Origin: Gemmatimonadota bacterium
GTDB taxonomy: Bacteria > Gemmatimonadota > Gemmatimonadetes > Gemmatimonadales > GWC2-71-9
DNA length: 64,000 bases
Reading direction: 5' to 3'
Assembly (NCBI GenBank): GCA_025357945.1
Contig: JANYLJ010000054.1
Location: 136,607 to 200,606 of the forward strand
The stretch's first letter is position 1. Each line of letters begins with the position of its first letter. Shown here in pieces: positions 57,381 through 64,000 of this stretch. The position numbers were made by a program, and so were the translations under genes. The notes below the pieces were generated by a model. That model made no database searches. It was not told where the DNA came from and saw only the letters and a list, made by a program, of their open reading frames with translations.

Positions 57381-58818
57381 CGACCAGGCCGTAGCGTTCG
57401 GGGGCCGTCACCTTGACAATCGTCCGGGGGTACCCGCCGTCGGCGTCGGGCACTGAAAGATCCACGATCTTGCCCGGCGGCGTGACGCGCCCACCGCTCG
57501 CATCGACCGCGATTCGAACGATCGGGCGATGAAGTTGCTCGGGGTCCGGACTCGCGCCCGCCACAATCGCGACCTCGAAAGTGTCGAGGATGACACAGGT
57601 GCCCACCGGATAGATGCCGAGCAGGTTGATCAGCGCCTTGACCAGGGTCGGGTCGTAGCCGCGGCCCGGATTCATCCACATCTCCTTGAGCACGGCGTCC
57701 GCTTCCAAGGGCACGTTCTGGTAGACCCGGCGCGTCGTCGCTGCGTCGTAGCCATCGGCGACGGCGACCAGCCGGGTGAACAGGCCGATACGGCGTGGGC
57801 GCACCGGACGAGGGTAGCCGCTCAGATCGATCTTCATGTGATGCTCGTGCGCCGCCAGGATGGCGCGGTAGGGCAACGCCTCGCCTTCGCGCATCTTGAA
57901 CAGCGTGAGCGTTCCCAACCACGGATGGGACTGCAGCGTGCGCCATTCGTGATCCTCGAGTGACGTCGCCTTGTTGAGGATCGCCGGATCGAGCCTCGCC
58001 TTGCCGATATCGTGCAACAGCGCCGCCAACCCGAGGTCGTAGAGCTGCAGGCGATCGAGGCCGAGGCGTTTGCCGAGGGCGACCGCGAAGATGCAGACAT
58101 TGACCGAGTGGGTGAACGTGTATTCGTCGTATTCGCGCAGCGTCGTCAGGCCGGTGATCGAGAGCTCGTTGTCCATGACCTGATCCACGATCACCTGAAT
58201 CGCCCGCTTGAGCCGGCGTGCACTCGGCATCCGGCCCATGCGCACGCCCTGCACGACGTCGCGGGCGGCTGCCACGCCATGGGCGTAGGTGCGCTTGGCG
58301 CGCTCGAGCCCTTCGTCGCCTGGGCCCGCGTCGCTACTCGCGCCGGCGCCGCCTTCGGTGGCGGGTCCGACCGCGAGACGAACGATGTCAGCTTCTTGCA
58401 TCCGCTGCGTCAGCATCTCGACTCGCTCATCGGGATCGATGTTGGTGGGCAGCGCGGCCAGAATCGATAGAAACGCCTGCCATTCCCACCGGGTGATGCC
58501 GTCCTCGACGCGCAACAGTCCCACGCCGCAGCTCTTCATCAACGCAACAAATCCGCTGAACGCGGCGAAGTTATCGAGGCCCAATCGGAGCCGAGTCTGG
58601 TTGATGAAGATGAAATCGCCGACCAGCCGGATTTCGATCCCGCCCTCGTGCGCGCAAAGTGCGGTGGCCGAGGCGTGCAACTCGTCGAGGGCGCGTTGCA
58701 CGGCGGCATTCTCGACCGGATAGAGCTTGAGTGCGCGCTGCGCACCATGAATCGAGACCAGTAACGCACGCCCCGACTGGCGCAGCGCGCCGTCGTCCCT
58801 CACCGTCGTCTCGGTCAT
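57361..58818 (-). CDS. HD-GYP domain protein (putative cyclic-di-nucleotide phosphodiesterase) with uncharacterised N-terminal domain
   Basis: Trimmed to ATG 58816-58818 (ATGA overlap with the HEAT gene stop). HSVNVCIFAVALG, AALLHDIGK, HEHHMKIDLSGYPR. Confidence 0.85.
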   Translation of the reverse strand: MTETTVRDDGALRQSGRALLVSIHGAQRALKLYPVENAAVQRALDELHASATALCAHEGGIEIRLVGDFIFINQTRLRLGLDNFAAFSGFVALMKSCGVGLLRVEDGITRWEWQAFLSILAALPTNIDPDERVEMLTQRMQEADIVRLAVGPATEGGAGASSDAGPGDEGLERAKRTYAHGVAAARDVVQGVRMGRMPSARRLKRAIQVIVDQVMDNELSITGLTTLREYDEYTFTHSVNVCIFAVALGKRLGLDRLQLYDLGLAALLHDIGKARLDPAILNKATSLEDHEWRTLQSHPWLGTLTLFKMREGEALPYRAILAAHEHHMKIDLSGYPRPVRPRRIGLFTRLVAVADGYDAATTRRVYQNVPLEADAVLKEMWMNPGRGYDPTLVKALINLLGIYPVGTCVILDTFEVAIVAGASPDPEQLHRPIVRIAVDASGGRVTPPGKIVDLSVPDADGGYPRTIVKVTAPERYGLVVGDFFI

Positions 58819-60542
58819 GCCGGCCACTCCCGCAACGCAGTATTTGCCGCGCTGCGAACGACCGGTTCCTTGTCGGTCGTACACTGCTCCACCACGCTGC
58901 GGGCCGCCAGGTTGCCCACCTTCGCCAAACCGAAAAGCGCCGACGCGCGCACGTCGGCGGACACCCGGCGACGAAATACGCCCCGCGGTTCCAGCAATTC
59001 CTTCAGCTTCGGGACGGCCGGGGCGCCCGCCATCGCGCCGTAGGCCTCGAAGATCGCGCGACGTTCACTCCGCTCCCATGCGCGCTCGGTGCCGGCGAAC
59101 AGCATCGCCTCCAGCCGATGAAGCAGCCCACCGGACCCACCCCGGGCGATCAGCAGCGTCAAGGCGCCCTGCCGCACCGCGCGCTCCGGATCGTCGAGCG
59201 CCGTCTCGATCGCAGTGACCGCGGTCGACGTACCGAGTTCGCCGAGGGCGCGGACTGCGGCGAGGCGAAGCGGCTCGTCGCCGGTACGGAGGTGGTCAAT
59301 AATCACCGGCACGAGTTGCGCCAACCCCAATCTGGCCGCGAGCGCGATGGCGGGAACCAGGGCGTCCTCCGGCCCACTGCCAATCAGTGCGGCGAGCGCA
59401 TCGGGATGGTTTCGCGCCAGTGCGTCAACGCTGGACTCCAGCACCCGACGGGCGGTCGGATCGACGATGCGCCCCAGGTGGGCGAGCACGACGGGAAGAG
59501 CGGTCGCCTTGAGCTCGCGAAGCACCTCACCGACGTCTTCGTCCGTGGCACGCGCGGAATGATCGGCGAGCGCGCGAAACAGTTGTTCAACAAACTCCGG
59601 CGTGGAGAGCTGATCTTCGAACGAGAGCACCGCGAGGTGCAGCTCCTCGTCCAGCCCGGGCGCCCGCGCGGCGATCAGCCGCAGTTCGCGAAGAATGCGC
59701 GCCACGGCGCGGAAGCCGCCGACCGCAAGTTGCATCGGGAGGATCTCTTCCAACAGGGCGATCGCTTCACGACGTACCGCCGGCTCCCGCTGCGACTCGA
59801 GCACGTCGAGCAGGGCGTCGATCGCAGCCTGCCGGATGTCGCGGTGGTATTCCTCGTCCAGTTCACTCCGGATCAGCCGGATTTCCGCTTCATCGAGGAA
59901 ATACGGCGTCGCGTCGAATTCATCAAGATCGACGACGCCGTAGCCGCCGCCGCGCGCATCCGCCGACCCCGCTGGCGCGCCACGCCCCGCCGCGACTTCC
60001 TGGCGCGCGTCGATGCCGCCGCGTCCGCTGTCCGGGGCGTGGAGATCGCGCGCCGAACTGTCCTGGATGAACTCGATGCCGTCGCCAAGCACCTCGACGA
60101 AGGTGTATGAAATCAGCACGAACTCCTGCTCCCACAACAGCGTCAGCAGGTCGTCGGTCGCGTCCGTCGGCAGCATCCTCGCCTGATTGACCACCCGCAG
60201 GAAGCGGACGATCTCCTCCGTTTCGACGCCGGGGACGAACGTGAGTCGCCGCAGTCCATCCTTGTACAGCTCCCACGCCAGTCCTTCGGCCTTGTTCGTC
60301 TGCCGGAAGACCGCGGTCTCCTCCCAGGTGATCTGCTCTTCCTGAATCTCGAGCACCAGTCGCCCGGTCGCGTCCCAGACCGGTGCAAAGGATTCGGTGA
60401 CCTGCTGGAGCGTGCGCTGGTAGACCGGGTTGTTCGGCAGGTACATCTGCAGCGCGCGCTGTCCCTTGGCGAGCATCCGCAGGAGTTCTTCCACGGCGCG
60501 GACATCGGTCGCCGTCGGCGGGACGCCCGGGCGCGCAGTCAC
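58815..60542 (-). CDS. HEAT-repeat protein with an N-terminal domain resembling that of the adjacent HD-GYP protein
   Basis: GTG at 60540-60542 overlaps the trpB stop (GTGA). C-terminal HEAT/PBS-lyase-like repeats ([36 protein letters not shown]..., [14 protein letters not shown]). Confidence 0.7.
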   Translation of the reverse strand: MTARPGVPPTATDVRAVEELLRMLAKGQRALQMYLPNNPVYQRTLQQVTESFAPVWDATGRLVLEIQEEQITWEETAVFRQTNKAEGLAWELYKDGLRRLTFVPGVETEEIVRFLRVVNQARMLPTDATDDLLTLLWEQEFVLISYTFVEVLGDGIEFIQDSSARDLHAPDSGRGGIDARQEVAAGRGAPAGSADARGGGYGVVDLDEFDATPYFLDEAEIRLIRSELDEEYHRDIRQAAIDALLDVLESQREPAVRREAIALLEEILPMQLAVGGFRAVARILRELRLIAARAPGLDEELHLAVLSFEDQLSTPEFVEQLFRALADHSARATDEDVGEVLRELKATALPVVLAHLGRIVDPTARRVLESSVDALARNHPDALAALIGSGPEDALVPAIALAARLGLAQLVPVIIDHLRTGDEPLRLAAVRALGELGTSTAVTAIETALDDPERAVRQGALTLLIARGGSGGLLHRLEAMLFAGTERAWERSERRAIFEAYGAMAGAPAVPKLKELLEPRGVFRRRVSADVRASALFGLAKVGNLAARSVVEQCTTDKEPVVRSAANTALREWPA

Positions 60543-61774
60543 GACGGCGTCCCGATCGTGGCGGCGACGTGCGCCACATCCTTGTCGCCGCGCCCGCTGA
60601 GGCAGAGCAGGACCGCTTGATCGCGGCTCCAGCGACCGCGCGAGCGGGTGATCCACGCGATCGCGTGCGCGGTTTCGAGTGCGGGGATGATGCCCTCCAG
60701 TCGCGCCATGAGCTGGAACGCTGCCAGCGCTTCACCGTCGTCGACGGCGTGGTACGTCACGCGCCCTTCGTCGCGCAGCCAGCTGTGCTCCGGTCCGACG
60801 CCCGGGTAATCGAGCCCGGCCGAGATCGAGTGTGCCGGCAGGACCTGACCGTCCGCGTCCTGCAGCAAGTAGGACAGCGAGCCGTGCAACACGCCGGGCG
60901 TTCCGGCGGAGAGCGTCGCGCTGTGACGGCCGGTCGCGATCCCCTCCCCTGCCGCTTCGACGCCGACGAGCGCGACCGCATCGTCGTTCAGGAATCCCGA
61001 GAACATCCCGATCGCGTTGGAGCCGCCGCCGACACACGCCACAACCGTATGGGGCAAGCCGCCGATTCGTTCAAGCACCTGGGCACGTGCCTCGCGACCG
61101 ATCACCGACTGAAAGTCGCGCACCATGCGGGGGAACGGGTCGGGACCGACGACCGACCCGATGATATAGTGCGTCGTCGGAACGTTCGTCACCCAATCGC
61201 GCAGCGCTTCGTTGGTGGCATCCTTGAGCGTTCGCGTCCCCGAGGAGACCGGCACGACGGTCGCGCCGAGCAATCGCATCCGGTACACGTTGAGCGCCTG
61301 GCGGGCCACATCCGCTTCGCCCATGTACACGACACACTCGAGATCGAAACGGGCACACACGGTCGCTGTCGCCACGCCGTGCTGGCCAGCCCCCGTCTCG
61401 GCGATGATGCGGCGCTTGCCCATTCGTCGCGCGAGCAACGCCTGGCCGATCGCGTTGTTGATCTTGTGGGCGCCGGTGTGATTGAGATCTTCCCGCTTGA
61501 GGAGCACGCGCGCGCCTACCAGGTCGCTCAGGCGCGGTGCCTCCGAGAGTCGCGATGGGCGCCCGACGACGTCCCGCAGCAGCGTTTCGTATTCCTCCCA
61601 GAACGCGGCGTCGCCGCGCACCGCATCGTAGAGGGCACTGAGATCGTCGAGCGCCGCGACCAGTGTCTCGGGGACGTACCGGCCGCCGTAGGGACCGAAG
61701 CGTCCATCAACGGCGGTTTCACGCGGCGGAGCGTGCGGCAAGGACGTTCTCCAGGAAGCGGGCCAGGCGGTCAC
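60539..61774 (-). CDS. trpB: tryptophan synthase beta chain
   Basis: [42 protein letters not shown] start at 61774, or TTG at 61741. Confidence 0.95.
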   Translation of the reverse strand: MTAWPASWRTSLPHAPPRETAVDGRFGPYGGRYVPETLVAALDDLSALYDAVRGDAAFWEEYETLLRDVVGRPSRLSEAPRLSDLVGARVLLKREDLNHTGAHKINNAIGQALLARRMGKRRIIAETGAGQHGVATATVCARFDLECVVYMGEADVARQALNVYRMRLLGATVVPVSSGTRTLKDATNEALRDWVTNVPTTHYIIGSVVGPDPFPRMVRDFQSVIGREARAQVLERIGGLPHTVVACVGGGSNAIGMFSGFLNDDAVALVGVEAAGEGIATGRHSATLSAGTPGVLHGSLSYLLQDADGQVLPAHSISAGLDYPGVGPEHSWLRDEGRVTYHAVDDGEALAAFQLMARLEGIIPALETAHAIAWITRSRGRWSRDQAVLLCLSGRGDKDVAHVAATIGTPS

Positions 61775-62366
61775 GATCCTTGACGCCCGGGGATGATTCG
61801 ACGCCGGAACTTACATCCACCGCAGCCGGCCCGACCACCCGGATTGCCTCGCTGACGGAGTCCGCGGTCAGTCCGCCGGCGAGCACGAAGCGGATCGCCG
61901 GTGCGGCAACGCGCGCCGCGCGCGCCAGGTCGAGCGCGATGGCGATCCCTTTCCCGCCACTGCCGCCCGAGGCAGTCGCCTCGATCAGCAGCGCGTCGGC
62001 GTCGATCGCGGCTGCGGACAGCGTGGCGGCCAGGTCAATGTCGGCGCGAACCGGGACCACGTTCCACACCTCCAGTCCGTGCGCGTGCAGCTCGCGCGCG
62101 ACGTGCCGGGGATGTTCACCGTGCAACTGGATACCCGTGAGCCCTGCGGCGGATACTGTCTCCAGCATCGTCTGAAGTGGCTGCGGACCGAAGACCCCGA
62201 GCACCGGGACGCCGCCAGCGGCGGCGACAATCGCGCGTGCCTGCGCCGTCGTCACCACGCGCGGACCGCTGGCAAACACGACGCCGAGGCGCCACGCCCC
62301 GTGTGCGGCCGCGAAGGCCGCGTCATCGGGCCGGGTCAGGCCACAGATCTTTGCTTCAACGGACAC
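61719..62366 (-). CDS. trpF: phosphoribosylanthranilate isomerase
   Basis: [30 protein letters not shown] at 62364-62366 preferred; the track start at 62396 is also GTG. Confidence 0.85.
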   Translation of the reverse strand: MSVEAKICGLTRPDDAAFAAAHGAWRLGVVFASGPRVVTTAQARAIVAAAGGVPVLGVFGPQPLQTMLETVSAAGLTGIQLHGEHPRHVARELHAHGLEVWNVVPVRADIDLAATLSAAAIDADALLIEATASGGSGGKGIAIALDLARAARVAAPAIRFVLAGGLTADSVSEAIRVVGPAAVDVSSGVESSPGVKDRDRLARFLENVLAARSAA

Positions 62367-63141
62367 GGCGTAATATCCCGCTGAGTTCGCCCGCACGCCC
62401 GACCGGATCAGCGGCCTTGGCCAACGCTGATCCGATCAGCACGGCATCTGCACCAGCGTCACCCGCCGCCGAGACGTCGGCGACCGTGACCATCCCGCTC
62501 TCGGCGATGGCGATACAATCGGACGGTATCGTCTTGAGGAGATGCCACGCGGCCTGAGTGTCGATCGAAAAGTCATCGAGATCCCTCGCGTTGACGCCGA
62601 TCACGGTGGCCCCTGCGTCGAGCGCCCGCGCAACTTCAGCCGCGGTGTGGATTTCGACCAACGGCGTGAGGCCGCAGGTGACCGTGAAATTGAGCAAACG
62701 ACGCAACACCGCCTGCTCCAGCGCCCGGACGATCAACAGCACGGCGGCGGCCCCGGCGGCCCGCGCCTCGAGTACCTGGCTCTCGTCGAGGATGAAGTCC
62801 TTGCGCAGAACCGGCGCCGCCACCGCCGCGACGACCGCGTCGAGATCTGCCATTGATCCGCCAAAAAACGCCTGATCGGTCAACACCGAGATGGCCGCCG
62901 CACCACCCGCCGCGTACCCGCGCGCGAGTGTCGCGGGGTCGAGCGATTCGTTGATCGCGCCGGCCGAAGGCGACCGGCGTTTCACCTCGGCGATCAATGC
63001 CACCGTCGGCCGCCTGAGGGCCAGGGCGAAGTCGGGCGGGCGGCGACGATTGGCGGCAGCGCGTTCCAGTTCCGGCGTGCGAGCACGGAGTGCGGGAAGT
63101 TCGCGCCGAGTCGAGTCCAGGATTGCGTTGAGGGTAGCCAT
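62356..63141 (-). CDS. trpC: indole-3-glycerol phosphate synthase
   Basis: LIAEVKRRSPSAG, AISVLTD, LRKDFI, IGVNARDL. Confidence 0.9.
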   Translation of the reverse strand: MATLNAILDSTRRELPALRARTPELERAAANRRRPPDFALALRRPTVALIAEVKRRSPSAGAINESLDPATLARGYAAGGAAAISVLTDQAFFGGSMADLDAVVAAVAAPVLRKDFILDESQVLEARAAGAAAVLLIVRALEQAVLRRLLNFTVTCGLTPLVEIHTAAEVARALDAGATVIGVNARDLDDFSIDTQAAWHLLKTIPSDCIAIAESGMVTVADVSAAGDAGADAVLIGSALAKAADPVGRAGELSGILRRVR

Positions 63142-63147
63142 CTTGCG

Positions 63148-63162
63148 GTTCGGGTTCCGTTC
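63148..63162. promoter_or_regulatory. GTTC-N7-GTTC direct repeat upstream of lexA (candidate LexA box), within a cluster of five GTTC tetramers
   Basis: Read directly: GTTCgggttccGTTC. Further GTTC at 63154, 63174 and 63180. The repeat ends 49 nt upstream of the lexA GTG. Confidence 0.3.
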
Positions 63163-63210
63163 GGGTAGCTTCGGTTCGTGTTCTCTTCGCCAATCTCATG
63201 GGAGCTTGCC

Positions 63211-63819
63211 GTGCCGCTCACCCGAAAGCAACACGAGATCCTGGACTTTGTCTCCGCCACGATCGAACGGAATGGTTACGCGCCGAGCTTCGAAGAGATC
63301 GCGGAACACTTCGGATACCAGTCGCTCGCCACGGTGCATGAGCATCTCAGTAACCTGGAGCGGAAGGGCTACATCCGTCGCGGGTACAACGAAAGCCGGG
63401 CGATCGAGGTGCTCCCGCCGCGGGGAACCACCGGCGCGACCGAAATCCCGCTGCTCGGCCTGGTTGCCGCCGGATTCCCGATCGAATCGATGATGAGCGG
63501 TGAGGTCGTACCGGTGCCGGACACGATGTTGCCGCGGCGGGGACCCAACTACGCCTTGCGCGTCCGCGGTGAGTCGATGGTCGACGAGCACATTCGCGAC
63601 GGTGATCTCGTCGTGGTCAACGGGCGGGACTCCGCCGACAATGGCGAGATGGTCATTGCCCTGGTGAACGGTGCCGAAGCCACCGTCAAGCGGTTTTACC
63701 GGGAGCCGGGCGGTTGGATCCGCTTGCAACCGGCGAACACGACGATGCGCCCGCTGCGGTATCAGGAACGCGATGTGCTCATCCAGGGCGTGGTGGTGGG
63801 AGTGATCCGGAAGTATTGA
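63211..63819 (+). CDS. lexA: LexA repressor
   Basis: GTG at 63211 with GGAG 6 nt upstream. (M)PLTRKQHEILDFVSATIERNGYAPSFEEIA, AAG cleavage site (VAAGFP), GESM, TVKRF. Confidence 0.9.
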   Translation: MPLTRKQHEILDFVSATIERNGYAPSFEEIAEHFGYQSLATVHEHLSNLERKGYIRRGYNESRAIEVLPPRGTTGATEIPLLGLVAAGFPIESMMSGEVVPVPDTMLPRRGPNYALRVRGESMVDEHIRDGDLVVVNGRDSADNGEMVIALVNGAEATVKRFYREPGGWIRLQPANTTMRPLRYQERDVLIQGVVVGVIRKY

Positions 63820-63841
63820 TGGTCCATGGGTCATTGGTGGC

Positions 63842-63975
63842 GTCATCCTGAGCGAAGCGCCCGCAGGACGCGCAGTCGAAGGACCTCGGCTCCAGGCGCA
63901 CTGGCTAGCTACATCGCGCGGAACCGGGGTCCTTCGACTGCGCAACGGCTCCGCCGATGCTTCGCTCAGGATGAC
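63842..63975. repeat. 134-bp nested inverted-repeat element (REP/MITE-like) downstream of lexA
   Basis: Outer arms GTCATCCTGAGCGAAGC (63842-63858) / GCTTCGCTCAGGATGAC (63959-63975). Inner arms GCGCAGTCGAAGGACC (63870-63885) / GGTCCTTCGACTGCGC (63928-63943). All four arms are perfect. Confidence 0.8.
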
Positions 63976-64000
63976 AGCGGTGCCGCGCGCCGCAGCGCCT

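Noticed and set aside
63142-63210. Possible trp leader peptide or attenuator upstream of trpC
   Set aside because: The only short frame there (MRLAKRTRTEATRTEPEPQ...) has no Trp codons and continues out of frame into trpC. No terminator/antiterminator pair followed by a U-tract is visible. trpE, trpG and trpD are not in the window, so this may not be the operon start anyway.

Overview
High-GC bacterial chromosomal segment, very densely packed. I call 68 protein-coding genes (61 on the minus strand) and one tRNA-Leu(CAA). I saw no rRNA, CRISPR array, transposase, integrase or prophage genes. G+C was judged by eye, not computed. Most content is core housekeeping:
- Glycolysis block: gap-pgk-tpiA-secG-carA.
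- A long co-directional run: yicC-gmk-rpoZ-coaBC-udg-dnaB-radA-ispD-tsaC-PTP-aroE-comF.
- pepA, rplU-rpmA and rng.
- aspS-phoH-ybeY-corC-corC-mgtE.
- rlmN, crcB, a hydroxypyruvate reductase / glycerate kinase pair, trpC-F-B...A-folK-panB-panC, and lexA.

Gene junctions very often overlap by 1-4 nt (ATGA/GTGA/TGATG). Many ORF-track entries carry spurious 5' extensions or are mirror ORFs antisense to real genes, as expected for high-GC DNA. I trimmed starts by hand and flag the uncertain ones.

The gene content and a repeat with GTCATCCTGAGCGAAGC arms suggest a soil-type lineage such as Gemmatimonadota or Acidobacteriota. That is only an impression.

The most unusual items:
1. A HEAT-repeat plus HD-GYP gene pair sits, translationally coupled, between trpB and trpA.
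2. An eRF1/Pelota-like gene with no GGQ motif sits between the large and small subunit genes of a split B12-dependent acyl-CoA mutase.
3. That mutase belongs to an approximately 11.5 kb tightly coupled operon. The operon also holds a lone acyl-CoA carboxyltransferase, a split AtuA, an enoyl-CoA hydratase, a tripeptidyl-peptidase-II-like S8 lipoprotein and an untracked 48-aa membrane ORF.
4. A lipoprotein combines three Ig-like repeats with a leishmanolysin-type HExxHxxGF metalloprotease domain.
5. GTTC-N7-GTTC direct repeats lie upstream of both lexA and recQ and are candidate SOS boxes.
6. A 488-bp non-coding region with a long-range hairpin lies upstream of rng.

All homology statements rest on motif recognition by eye; no database search was run.
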